A stretch of 63,702 bases of DNA, the filler included, from Licmophora abbreviata (lineage: Eukaryota), in assembly GCA_900291995.1 (NCBI GenBank). It is 8 parts of 8 records of this genome, joined end to end, with 100 filler letters (N's around TTAATTAATTAA, not from the genome) between each part and the next. Parts side by side here need not be neighbours in the genome. Positions count along the whole stretch, not along the records: positions 2,768 to 17,341 come from OLMU01000710.1; positions 17,442 to 25,676 come from OLMU01000711.1; 6 more parts are not named here. One strand, 5' to 3'. The translations under genes and the position numbers were made by a program. Within the stretch, counting starts at the first letter, position 1, and each line of letters opens with the position of its first letter. Shown piece after piece: positions 9,800 to 21,257 of this stretch. The notes below the pieces were generated by a model that made no database searches, had not been told where the DNA came from, and was given only the letters and a program-made list of their open reading frames with translations.

Positions 9800-11539
9800 T
9801 TACATCGCATTCTTCTTTTCCATATTGCGGACACAGTCTTTGATCTGCTGAGGCGTTCGAGACAGCAACACACCATTACTGTTGAGACGAATGACAGCCC
9901 ATTTGCCCTTGCCAAAGCGAAGGACACCGTCCTTGATGGCGTTCTTCTCCTCGTCGGTGAAGCTTCTTCGCTTCTGGCCAGACTTGGGTGTCGCCGTGGA
10001 GTCCAAACTGCGACGCGCACGTTTCTGGTTCGCTGGAGTGGTGCGGGGAGGAATCCAGCGAGCGACATCGGCATCCTCGTCATCGCTCGAGTCCGGCCAC
10101 TGCACGAGGGGGGGCTTGCGTTTCTTCGGCTGTGTGGACTTCCTGGGGGTCTTCTTGGCAGGAGCGGGCGAGTCGATATCTTCGTCATCTGGGTCTTCAT
10201 CCGGTAGAGCCGTTGCTGATCCTGAATTTGGCGTACGCTTCTTCTTGGTCTTTCTGGCGGAAGCTAGTGCTTCGTTTTCAACGTCCTCGTCCGCCAGTCG
10301 TCGACTGCGCCGGGGGTAGTTTTCCTTTTCATTTGCGTCGTCCTCGCCATCATCTGCCAAACGTCGACTGCATCGAGCCTTTGCTGGGGATGGTTTCTTC
10401 TTGCTCAGTTTGGGGGACGAGACTTTTTCCTCGCTTTCATTTTCCTCCTCTTTCTCGTCAACCGTCGGGAGTACAATGGGAGAGCCGTCGGAACCATTCC
10501 GCTTCAGTTCGGGATCGTCTTCGTCCGCTGTCATGTAGGCATCCATATCATCTTCTGATGGCGCCGCGTGAATGACGCGCTGCGGCTCGGGCGGCTGTGT
10601 CAAGGGTTCTGGCTGGAAGCCTTCTTCCTCCTCCTCGCCATTGCCTTCGCCCCAGCTCGACACGGACATATCATCCGGAAAGTTGCCACTCGTCACTCCC
10701 CGATAGCCACAGTTTACCAAGGTCGGTGTCGACAAGACGCGCTGATGCCAGCGCTTGAGCAAGTAGAGAAGCTGCTCGCGTGTATTGGACCACGAAAAGT
10801 CTTGTTTTTCGTCACTGACACGTTCGTTGAGGTCATCGAGGATATTCGACACGAGCTGCGGCACACTCGTCTTCGTCTTGGCTGACTTGTAGAGATTGGG
10901 AATAAGAAAGTCCGTGAGTGGAGATGTGTCCACGTTCGTAGAAATGTTCGAGATTTCTGCCTTGTACGCGTCAATTGTAGTTTCAATTTCTTTGGTCAAG
11001 TCTTTATTGGATCGTTTCTTTCGGAGTTTTTCGAGCCTTCGACGGAATGTGGCCACAATGCCGTGGATGTCAATCAAGGCGAGAGCAGATTCGTATTCTT
11101 CCGAGAAGATAGGCAGCTCAGCTATTTCTGGGTTGACTGCCTCGTCTTCGACTTCTTCGTTGGGTCCCGCATCCGCGTCCTTGCGGGTAAGCAACGAGTG
11201 ACTGTGCTCAAAGTGATCTCGAATGTCCTTCCACACTGTCGCCGAGATTTTATCGAGTTGACATTCTGTTCCCTCTCGTCCCGCAAGTTCGTGAGTCAGA
11301 GCCGTGAGGTGGAGTCGATTTTGGATCCGTCCATAAGGGACGAATTTGTTCTCTCCAATCTGCGACAAGGCGTCCTCAAACTGAACGCCGAGCTCTTTCA
11401 CGACCCTTGGATCGGTAGATTCGCTCTGGCTAATAAGCGCGTGACAAATCCACTCCAGAACGTCCATCTGGATTTCCACATGCGATCCGGGGATCACTAG
11501 ACCAGAAGATGGCGGCTGTCGGGGTGAAGAGGAAGCCAT
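9800..11539 (-). CDS. Protein with C-terminal single Myb/SANT (telobox-like) domain
   Basis: RRSFTDEEKNAIKDGVLRFGKGKWAVI..LLSRTPQQIKDCVRNM at the extreme C-terminus after a long acidic/basic disordered region; first ATG 11539. Confidence 0.75.
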   Translation of the reverse strand: MASSSPRQPPSSGLVIPGSHVEIQMDVLEWICHALISQSESTDPRVVKELGVQFEDALSQIGENKFVPYGRIQNRLHLTALTHELAGREGTECQLDKISATVWKDIRDHFEHSHSLLTRKDADAGPNEEVEDEAVNPEIAELPIFSEEYESALALIDIHGIVATFRRRLEKLRKKRSNKDLTKEIETTIDAYKAEISNISTNVDTSPLTDFLIPNLYKSAKTKTSVPQLVSNILDDLNERVSDEKQDFSWSNTREQLLYLLKRWHQRVLSTPTLVNCGYRGVTSGNFPDDMSVSSWGEGNGEEEEEGFQPEPLTQPPEPQRVIHAAPSEDDMDAYMTADEDDPELKRNGSDGSPIVLPTVDEKEEENESEEKVSSPKLSKKKPSPAKARCSRRLADDGEDDANEKENYPRRSRRLADEDVENEALASARKTKKKRTPNSGSATALPDEDPDDEDIDSPAPAKKTPRKSTQPKKRKPPLVQWPDSSDDEDADVARWIPPRTTPANQKRARRSLDSTATPKSGQKRRSFTDEEKNAIKDGVLRFGKGKWAVIRLNSNGVLLSRTPQQIKDCVRNMEKKNAM

Positions 11540-11842
11540 AGCGACGTCGTCTGGAGATGACAATGACAACACAGGGCAGTGTGTGTGCACTTCGACAGTC
11601 AACAGCAAAAAACTTTAAGGACTTTTTGACTTTTTTAACCGCTTTTTCGAATGCTACGTCCGGGTTCTGTAAAGGGGTTTGGTCTGGCTCCTTACCACGA
11701 TGAGGAGTCACTCAACTCGACTCACTCTAGTCGCATCTATGATATTATTCAGTAACTGCTGGCATCGCAGCCTTCTACGGATCCATACCGTAAACCTCAT
11801 CACTATCTTCCGCCTTAGAACGCTTTTAGCTAAGGGTTGCGC

Positions 11843-14545
11843 TTATGCCGCTGCTACGAGGGATTCTTCCTCTTCCGCCTCTTCCTCCTCCTTCTCTTTC
11901 CACATTCCATACTCCTTGATCAAATCAATCAATGAGTCTACAGCTTCCTCGTTGGGAATGCTCTTCCTCACAACTTCCTTCCCAAAATACAGATCGACCT
12001 TCCCGGGAATGGTGCCGACGTATCCAAAGTCAGCGTCCGCCATTTCACCGGGTCCATTGACGATGCATCCCATGACCGCAATGGTAACGCCAGGGAGGTG
12101 GCCCGTGGCGTCTTGAATGGCGGCCGTTGTCTCTTGAAGATCAAACAACGTTCTTCCGCACGACGGGCATGATACAAACTCCGTCTTGGTGTTGCGCATG
12201 CGGCTGCCCTGCAGCAACGAGAACGAGGTTTGACGCAAGAAATCTACAGAGAACGGTTGCTTGCCACCGACTTGCTCAATCAATACGCCATCACCATTGC
12301 CGTCCGTCAGACAAGATCCAACCTTCGTTCCCAGCTGCAGGGCGAGTTCATTAGAATCGTCAATGGTTGACTCGAAATGATGAATAACTGCTGTGTCCAT
12401 GTCGTGTTCCTTCAAAATCTCAAACACGCGGCGAGACGAGTGGAGATGTGAAAGGTCATGTCGCGGCTTCAGCAACACCATCGCCGGCTGAAGATCCTTG
12501 ATCTTTACCAATGTATCCTCATCTTCGCTGCCATCGATGGTCACTGCCAGACGGATGCCCCCTCTGGAAGCTGCGATAGGGAGAGAGTCGAAAGGTTCAG
12601 AGAAGAACATGGAAAACGAGTCACTTGCGACGTCACTCAACAGAGACCTACCTTTCCCTCGCGTTCCACCGCGTCGTTGAGATCCATCAAAGCAATAGCA
12701 TTTGGTAGAGGATCTTTCTCGAGCTCCTCCACAGGAACCACGACGCCCATGCTGACCTCGATCAATCGTCGAATCGCTGTTCTGGCTTCTGTGTCGGAAG
12801 AGGGAGGGATCTGGCGCATCAAAATCGAATCGGTAGTGGCCACATCCTTGAAAGGCATGCCCACAGCAGTCTTACACCCAAGTTCCTTGTACAAATACTG
12901 AGCATTCTCTTTCGAGAACATCTCTGGCCCGACAGCTTGCAGGACGGAGCCATCGCGGTGCAAGAAGCCTCGAGCGTCCACCTTGTCGTCTTCCTTTTGT
13001 TCCGGCAGAGCTCCATGTCGTCGAGCAAAGGAGGTGATGTCACGTGTATCCACATAGGGCGTGACCTTGTTCTGGCGCGCCTTGGCCTCCGGATTGTTGG
13101 CAGCCAAACGGGATTCCGCAATCTCCGCAAGGCGATTGCAAGGGGCATACTCAAACTCAGGGTCCTCGGTCAATGAGACACGAACCGTATCGCCCAAACC
13201 ATCCGCCAGCAAAGTTCCAATACCAATGGCTGACTTCATACGACCATCCTCTCCTTCTCCAGCTTCTGTGACTCCCAAGTGAAGCGGGTAGTCCCAACCG
13301 AGACGGTACTGTTCAGCTGCCAGCAATCGGTAACTCTGAACCATGACCAAGGGGTTGCTCGCCTTCATGGAAAAGACAAAGTTGTGGAAGTCCTGGCTTC
13401 GACATATGTCGGCAAACTCAATCGCCGATTCCACCATACCACGCGGCGTATCTCCGTAAAAGCTCAACACACGAGAGGAAAGAGACCCATGGTTGGTTCC
13501 AATCCTCATACAGCGGTTCAGGTCCTTGCACCTCTCAACCAATGGCAGCATGGCCTCGACAAGGTATTCACGTTCTTCGGCATAATCTTCCTCACTTTCG
13601 TAGACTTTCTCCTCGAAATCCTTGCGTCCATCCGCGAAATTTCCAGGGTTGATGCGAATCTTTTCCACGGCTTCGGCGACCATCATGGCCACTTTGGGCT
13701 GAAAATGCATATCAGCACAGAGAGGGATGTCATACCCCTTCTTGAACAAGCCTTCTCGAATCGCCATAGCAGCATTCGCTTCCCTCCGACCCTGTACAGT
13801 AATACGAACCAAATCAAAGCCTTCGTCGGCACATCGAATGACCTGTTCGATAGTGGCATCGACATCGGCCGTGTTGGTTGTTGCCATGGTCTGTCGCACA
13901 ATGGGATGTTCCGAGCCAAACTTGATGGGTCCACATTCGACCGTACGGGTCTTGCGTCGTGTCACCTCGTACAAATTCTCGCAGTACTTGCCCAACGAGC
14001 CGAGTTTCTCATCACGGTCTCCTGACTTGATGCTCGGAGTCCACAGAATATCCGATGCGACCGAAGGATACGTCGACGAGGACTGAAAGGAAGGGCGGAA
14101 ACAGAAACGAGGAGTCAGTCAGGCGCGTTCGATAGCGTTCACCCTGCCTGCTGTGGGATGCGTTGGTCTGCTCTGCCACGAGTTGCCTCCCACGAAGCGA
14201 TGTGTGCCAACATGGTCGATGCATACAACCAGGAAGGTGCAAAGCTTTTGTGACAACCTTCGAAGCAAACTTCAACTTGAAATGTGGGATTCCTTCTGTC
14301 ATGTAAACGTCAAGACGCGAGCAGTACTGCAAAGGAATCCAAAAAAGATTCTGGAACGGAATCTCTCATTTCAATAATTTGAAATCCGATTCCAGCTGGA
14401 ACACTGAATTTTCTGAGACGTCGCTTACCATCTTGAGAGAAGAAGAAACAGAAAGACGGCTCAATCCTGCGAATGCATCAACGTCGTGAAACGCAGAAGC
14501 GCTCAGAAGAAGCACCCCAAGGGCAGAAGCGGCAAACGAAGGCAT
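11843..14545 (-). CDS. ispG: 4-hydroxy-3-methylbut-2-enyl diphosphate synthase (HDS, MEP pathway), plastid-targeted, long plant/algal form; 3 exons
   Basis: [48 protein letters not shown], 4Fe-4S CPSCGR and [10 protein letters not shown]; exon 1 [22 protein letters not shown] at 14545-14429; introns ~14083-14428 and ~12571-12651. Confidence 0.97.
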
Positions 14546-15095
14546 GGTTTTCGTTCCACTGATGATGGGCGTTTGTGATCATGTGATGCGATCATGAAGA
14601 GGAAGTAATCGCGCGATTTGTGATGGTTTCGCGCGTCGACGTAGCAATCGCTCGCTCAGTTCCAGTCGAGTGAGTCCATTTGAACCGAATGATTCGATTA
14701 TGTCATTTTAGATTTTAGTTTAGATTATAACCCGAGCCTTATTACTCTAGACCTAGTGGAAGTAGTACAATATCTACTATCTCCTCAATCACCACGGTCT
14801 CTTGCTTCTTCATCATTACACATGATCACATGATGTTACAATTGCGACCTCTTGTGATACACTTTGCGACAGGATATCAACCTTGAATAAAGTGACTTGA
14901 TTTCATTCCTGCGAGGAAAGGGATCCGACTTTGACAGTGGAAATCATCAGTAAACAAACGGAAACCTTGCTGCTCATCCGTACCGGTACCAGGTAGCCAA
15001 ATTGACATTCCAATCTCCTCGTCACGGTGTGACCAAATCACACTGGTTACGAATGAGCCCTCCTCACAACATTATCCTGCATCTTGCTAACTTCT

Positions 15096-15383
15096 TCATT
15101 TCTCCTTGCTCGCGGGCTGCTGAGGTTTAGTCCGACTGGCTTGCTGTGCCTCTCTCGCTCGCGTATGCTTGGAGGAGTAGACCGAACCACTATCGTTCTT
15201 TCCCTTGTTGCTGCCTTTCTGGTTCCCGCGCCCCGTCCCTCGACTGCCGCCGCCAGCTTTGCCTGTGGCAACGAAGTCCTCCGGGTCGTCCTCGTAATCT
15301 TCAAAAAACGCGTCCGAGCTCACCGACTCTTCTCGGGTAGCTGGAGCGGTCGACGGTTCCGGGAAGTCAGTCGAGTCTGTCAT
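15096..15383 (-). CDS. Small hydrophilic hypothetical protein (95 aa)
   Basis: ATG-initiated ORF with acidic then Gly/Lys-rich composition; no family recognised. Confidence 0.5.
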   Translation of the reverse strand: MTDSTDFPEPSTAPATREESVSSDAFFEDYEDDPEDFVATGKAGGGSRGTGRGNQKGSNKGKNDSGSVYSSKHTRAREAQQASRTKPQQPASKEK

Positions 15384-15707
15384 GGAAGATAGGAGAGCTT
15401 CAGGAAGATGCGGTCGGTAGACTAGGAGAGCGAAACGAATCTCAACTCGGGACTGTCATGGCGCCGCGCCCCTTGTTCCGCTGACCCTCATCGCGATCTC
15501 TCAGCGCGCGCTCTTTTTACGTCACATCCGGGTTTTCCGTGGAGAAAGGAAGGCGAGTACGCAGGCCAGACGTCATAATTTTCAAATGACAACTCCCGCG
15601 TGACAAGAGTTTCGTTCCTAGTCATCGGTTTCATTTTCGTGGACGACCCACATGGCGGCTTCCCTCGTTCCCATCGAGGTCGTTTCCATCATAGTAATGG
15701 AAGAAGA

Positions 15708-16346
15708 ATGTCGGATCAGTTGGAAGAACGCGTTGATGGTTCACTTGTCGTCGAAAGTGCCGGTCACAGAAATAGCGACACGAGCTTCCCAAGCTTCTCG
15801 AGTTTGAGCGACAGCGGCAACAGCCTCGGGGAGTGGGCTACTGACCCGTCAGCTCTTGTACAACCTACGAATGACACCCTTAGTCCATCTGATCCGTCGT
15901 TTCTCTTCTCGACGTTAGATTATGAACTAAAGACGCTATTCTCAGGGGAGAAACCCCGCAAGTCACGGAGCAGCACGGGTGCAGACAAGCCACGAGCAGA
16001 CACATATCCCTACTGGCGTAAGAACACTTCCAATCACTTTGTCCAACATCAACGTACAACTCAGCCAAGAGAACGTTGTAAGCCTCCGCCAACAATCTTA
16101 CCAGATCCAATTGAGATGTACTGCTATGGTAGAACCGCGAACAGGCGACAGTCGTCTCTTCGAGCGTGGTACGAGAAGCGACACAAGAAGGAAAATCGAT
16201 CTACGGAACAATCTGCTGTCAGAGCGAAAGCTGCCAAGCCTGCTCCATCCAGCACTCCAGCCAAGTACAAGGAGGGTCGACGGATCGACTCCATTGCTAG
16301 CGACGAAGACAGCGAAGACGCGACCGTTTGCATTCTGTTTGCTTGA
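15708..16346 (+). CDS. Hypothetical Ser/Pro-rich protein
   Basis: Long ORF filling the intergenic space, convergent on the methyltransferase gene; no family recognised. Confidence 0.5.
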   Translation: MSDQLEERVDGSLVVESAGHRNSDTSFPSFSSLSDSGNSLGEWATDPSALVQPTNDTLSPSDPSFLFSTLDYELKTLFSGEKPRKSRSSTGADKPRADTYPYWRKNTSNHFVQHQRTTQPRERCKPPPTILPDPIEMYCYGRTANRRQSSLRAWYEKRHKKENRSTEQSAVRAKAAKPAPSSTPAKYKEGRRIDSIASDEDSEDATVCILFA

Positions 16347-16358
16347 ATGCTGCCACTG

Positions 16359-17294
16359 CTAGACGGCTCGTCCTTTTGATGACACCTTGCGCCACCCTGT
16401 AGCCTTGCTAATGATGTATTGATACTTTCGCCTATGCTCCCGAATCACTAATGGCATTTCTTCGTCATGAATCTTGTGAAATCCACGTACCAGCATGAGT
16501 TGCTCAAGAGCATCCACACTGCTTTGGTCGTCAGACCCACCAATCCACTTGTCTTTCGGAGTGTATTCCTCTAACCACGAGAATGGCGTGACAAGCAACA
16601 CGACACCACCTTGTCGTACACGGGACGTCACGCCATCCAAGCAGGCCATTGGATCCGGCAGACGACACAGCAAGTTTGCCATGACGACTCCATCGTACAA
16701 TCTTTTCCTATCTGGCAGTGTATCCTCAAGATAACAGGCGTCTCCTACGAAAAAGGACACTCGCTGACAGACATCCGGATCATCGACATGGTTTGTGGCC
16801 ACTAGCTGTTCGTAAATGTCCCCTTCGACGCGAATAGGGAAGGGTATTGACTCTCCCTCTCTCAATCGTTTTGCGGCTGCAATGAATGATTCACTTGCAT
16901 CCAACGCATCCACGTTCTGGAACGACTTGGCGAGCTCAAACGCCGTCCCTCCCACGGCGCATCCCAAGTCCAAAGCGTATCCCCACCCTTGTGGCTTGAG
17001 TTGGGTCAAGAGCTGCGCCACGCGCTGCGGGAATCCGTACGCATGTGTCGGGGCGTGCTCATGGGCCATCATGGGGGCGACGACTTTCTTTCTACCAGTC
17101 GTGATGTCAAGAGTTCTACAGTGCAGATCCAAGTACATGTGGAGATACTCATCCTTCTCGTATGGATTATCATCGCCCAACGACGACATGTCAGTGTCGG
17201 CGGTACCTGGTATTCTATTCTCGACTTTTGCTGTGGTGCCCTGTGCCCTGTGGTGCGTCCCGCCAAACTCGGAGATTTGATTCGATTCATTCAT
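16359..17294 (-). CDS. Stand-alone SAM-dependent methyltransferase, paralogue of the OvoA C-terminal (mercaptohistidine N-methyltransferase) domain
   Basis: ALDLGCAVGG, GDAC, NLLCRLPDP, VTPFSWLEEYTP, EMPLVIREHRRKYQYIIS; colinear with the last ~270 aa of the adjacent OvoA; alternative start ATG 17189. Confidence 0.92.
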   Translation of the reverse strand: MNESNQISEFGGTHHRAQGTTAKVENRIPGTADTDMSSLGDDNPYEKDEYLHMYLDLHCRTLDITTGRKKVVAPMMAHEHAPTHAYGFPQRVAQLLTQLKPQGWGYALDLGCAVGGTAFELAKSFQNVDALDASESFIAAAKRLREGESIPFPIRVEGDIYEQLVATNHVDDPDVCQRVSFFVGDACYLEDTLPDRKRLYDGVVMANLLCRLPDPMACLDGVTSRVRQGGVVLLVTPFSWLEEYTPKDKWIGGSDDQSSVDALEQLMLVRGFHKIHDEEMPLVIREHRRKYQYIISKATGWRKVSSKGRAV

Positions 17295-17989
17295 TCATTC
17301 GTGCACTCGGGAGTCAGAGTCGGCTTGGTTCCTACTCCGAGNNNNNNNNNNNNNNNNNNNNNNNNNNNNNNNNNNNNNNNNNNNNTTAATTAATTAANNN
17401 NNNNNNNNNNNNNNNNNNNNNNNNNNNNNNNNNNNNNNNNNTAGCACGTGACTCACAAGTTGCCTCTCTCAAGACTCGACTCGAGTTTGCGAGTTTCGTC
17501 GGCGCCTTGGTTTCAGTTCACGCCTTCCCTGCCCATGGCATCCACTCTCTGTGCTCAGGACGGGTCTGATACGGTGATCTTCGTATGAACAAATGAACTT
17601 GTTCGCTAGCAACGAACGATTTCCTCGCCGTTCATAGATGCTCGTCGCCATTGACAATCCTGCTCGAGCAAACTAGTCTCCGGGTTATCATCATCTCGTT
17701 TCGAAACGAAATGAGATTCGAGAAAAGGCCTATTGCATCACGTAAATTCCAAATTCCATTGTGTACGCCAAATCAATACTATTCCAGCTTTACCAGTAGA
17801 ATCTGTCATGAAAGATTCGATCGGCTTCCTGAGAAAGCATGCCGACCACGCATGCTTCACAATCCTCAACACATCACACGACGATATCATTGTGCAAGGT
17901 TCGCATTGATTTTGTCGAACCTGCTTCTACAGCCTCTGCTTTCTACTGTTCCCTAGTAACACCTAGGCATCGCAACAGGTTCTTGACCA

Positions 17990-20900
17990 ATGATTCTGCC
18001 TCGACATTCCAGCAGGGCGGCCTTTTCGTCGCTTCGCTCGGTCTCTTGCAAGCGCCACCTCACGACCACACCGACTGCTGTTGGATCCCAGTCGCCCTGG
18101 AAGCATCTCTCTCGTCGTCATGCGCCTGTTCGCTGTCTCTCTTCCACCACGAGACACAAGTCCACGGCTGCGGCCTACATCGATCACGAAGACGATCATG
18201 ATCTGGATGGTCCTACAGGCGGTCATGTCCCGGCCACTCAGTTCCGTACCTCGACTACGACCTCGCAAGAGGATGCTTGCTGGATGATCAATCTTGGACG
18301 CCGCAACGACAATGCATGGCTAACAGGGCCACGTCCTGAAGAGTGGTTTACTGGAGTGGCTCCTTCCAACTGTCCAGGTGAGAGAGAAGTCACAGAGTCA
18401 GAGTGAAAGACTGCATTCATGACCGTTTAGTCCCGGTTTCATCCTGAAGTTGCTGAGTCCCGAGGGTCTGCATATTCAATCGCAAATGGCGATTGATGGA
18501 TACGTTCAATATTCGATAGTGTCTACGGTCTCATACCTCACACCTACTTCTTCTTTATGATTCTCTTATTTCATAGGCGTCGATGCCCATGGAAAGCTCC
18601 GTTCGCTTCCCCTGCCCAACTTGAGTGCTGTCACACGCCAGTCGGCCAAGGACTACTTTGACAACTCCTGGTCGTTGTTCGAGACGCTCTTCGCCGGCTT
18701 GAGGGGTGAAGAAGGCTTTTATCGCCCTCCAGTCCACGGCTTGCGCCACCCACAGATCTTTTACTATGGCCACACGCCATGTCTATACATCAACAAGCTG
18801 CGTGTGTCGGGTGTACTGTCCAAGCCTGTCAATGCGTACTTTGAAAGCATCTTCGAAGTCGGTGTAGATGAGATGCTCTGGGATGATATGCACAAGAATG
18901 ATATGCTATGGCCAGCAGTCAGTGAAGTGTACGAGTACCGCAAGCAAGTGTATGAAACAGTCGTAAACGCCATCATGACGCACCCGTCGTTGGATGATAC
19001 GAATGGACCTGTTACGGTCAATCAAGATCATCCCATGTGGGCTCTGTTTATGGGTTTCGAGCATGAACGGATCCACTTGGAAACCAGTTCTGTGCTCTTT
19101 CGGGAAACTCCGTATCATCTGGTGCAGACTCCCAAGAACTGGCCTCCGTTGCATCCTTCGTCCAAGCGGGAGACAGCTACCTCACACCCTGTTGAAGGTG
19201 TGGACTATCCGGCCAATCGCATGATTCCAGTAACGAAAGATGTTGTGGATCTTGGAAAGCCTCCTAGTTTTCCGTCTTTTGGCTGGGACAACGAATACGG
19301 GGAACGTACGGTCGAGGTTCCAGACTTTCAGGCATCGGAACACATGATTACGAACGGGGAATTCTGGCAGTTTGTCGCCGATGGAGGTTATCGTAGCAAA
19401 GAGTACTGGTGCGATGATGGATGGGACTGGCGTAGACATCGCAACATGAAATGGCCGTTCTTTTGGCAGCCAGCAGGCCCAGCTGGATCGAACGAGTTTA
19501 CACTTCGTCACATTTTCAAGATTACTTCGATGCCGTGGGACTGGCCTGTTGACGTCAACTACTACGAGGCAAAGGCCTACTGTCGCTGGAAGGTATGTAT
19601 GATTATAGAATCGAGTTGGCGGACAGGTTGTTTGGAAAGAATGAGATCTCATCTACTCCCGGATTCATATTTTTGCAGACTGCACAGGATGGGTCGCCAA
19701 TGCCAAAGCCATATCGTCTTCTCACCGAGGCCGAACATCACGTCATTCGACACCAAGAACACAATCTCGCAGCTGCTCGTGAGAATGTCGACGCTGATAA
19801 AGTTATGGTCAATAGTGGCGAGTCGTTTGCGGAAGGGGCCACCGCGTCGAACTTGAATCTAGCATTTTCGTCCCAAAACCCTGTTGGTCATTTTGCGCCT
19901 TCACAGACTGGCCATCGCGACACGACTGGTAACGCATGGGAATGGACCGAGGATCATTTCAACCCACTCAAGGGATTCGAGGTTCACCATGTATACGACG
20001 ACTTTTCCACGCCATGCTTTGATGGCAAACATTCAGTGATTGTAGGAGGGTCTTTCATCAGCACAGGAGACGAAGCATCTGTGTTTGCTCGTTTTCATTT
20101 TCGCCCACATTTTCTTCAGCATTCTGGTTTCCGACTGGTTGCATCTCACGGAGAGGCCCCTGCCACGCATCTGTATGCTGGAAGCTTTGAAGGCCAGGCA
20201 GCTGCCCGTGATGCAGATGGAGAAGTGTTTGGACATGAGAAGGCTGAGTCTGGTAGCGTTTACGAGAGCGACGAATCTCTACACATGTACTTGGGACTCC
20301 ACTATCCGTCCTCTGGTGCACAAGAGGATGTCGATCCGATTTTGAAACACAAAAATGCGCCAACGCATGGACTGCGTTTCCCTCAGAGGGTTTCTCAGCT
20401 TCTAGTTGACTTGAAGCCTGAGCAAAATAGGAAGGCCCTGGACATTGGCTGTGCTGTGGGGGGGTCTTCCTTCGAGCTGGCGAGGACTTTCGACCAGGTG
20501 GATGCTTTTGACTTTAGCGAGAGCTTTGTAAGCGCCGCCAAGAGAATGCAACATCAAGAAGAAGTTCGATTTCGAATCCCTGTTGAAGCGGACATCTACG
20601 AGGAAGTTCAGGCTGTCCACGAGGACGGTGTCACCCCTGAGGTGCTTGGAAAAGTTCGATTTTTCCAAGGAGACGCCTGCAGGGTTGCAAAAGACGATCG
20701 TTTGTCGTCATATGATGGAATTGTCATGTCGAATCTCCTGTGCCGTTTGCCAGACCCTTTGGCTTGCCTAGAAGGCTTGCCGAAGGTCGTGAACAAGGGA
20801 GGCGTCGTCGTTCTTGTCACGCCATTCAGTTGGCTAGAGGAATTTACACCTCGATCCAAGTGGCTGGGGGGATTTTATGATCCAGTCTCCGGGGAGCCAC

Positions 20901-21049
20901 TCCGCTCCAAGGAACGGCTCTATGAAATCATGGTGAATGGAGGGTTCGATAAGATTCATGAGGAGGAGATGCCGTTGGTGATCCGAGAGCATCAGCGAAA
21001 GTACCAGTACATCATCAGCGAAGCCACGGGCTGGCGAAAAGCTGAGTAG
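17990..21049 (+). CDS. ovoA: Ovothiol synthase OvoA (DinB-like + FGE-sulfatase-like sulfoxide synthase + methyltransferase); 3 exons
   Basis: LRHPQIFYYGHT, FEVGVDEMLWDD, iron motif HERIHLE, FGWDNEYG, GNAWEW, YDDFSTPCFDGKH, RFHFRPHFLQHSGFR, C-terminal MTase LDIGCAVGG; GT-AG introns 18378-18576 and 19593-19678 restore one frame. Confidence 0.97.
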
Positions 21050-21257
21050 GGTACCGGGTCCAAGTTTTCCGCTTTTGGTGCTAGCGGTCGACTTCGCCGT
21101 GCGCCTTCTCTTCTACGGGATGGCGTACGATAGACAATACAAAACTGCGGTGAGCACTAGCTAAAAGTAGAGCTACTAGCAGTTCTTTAGAGAGACTTTT
21201 GAGTCAAACCAAGCCATTTCTAGCTACAATAGGATCTACTTCCAATTGGCAACCTCA

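Noticed and set aside
16359..17294. Methyltransferase as a mis-assembled allele or fragment of ovoA
   Set aside because: Too diverged in protein and DNA, has indels, its own start and stop, and no sulfoxide-synthase sequence upstream
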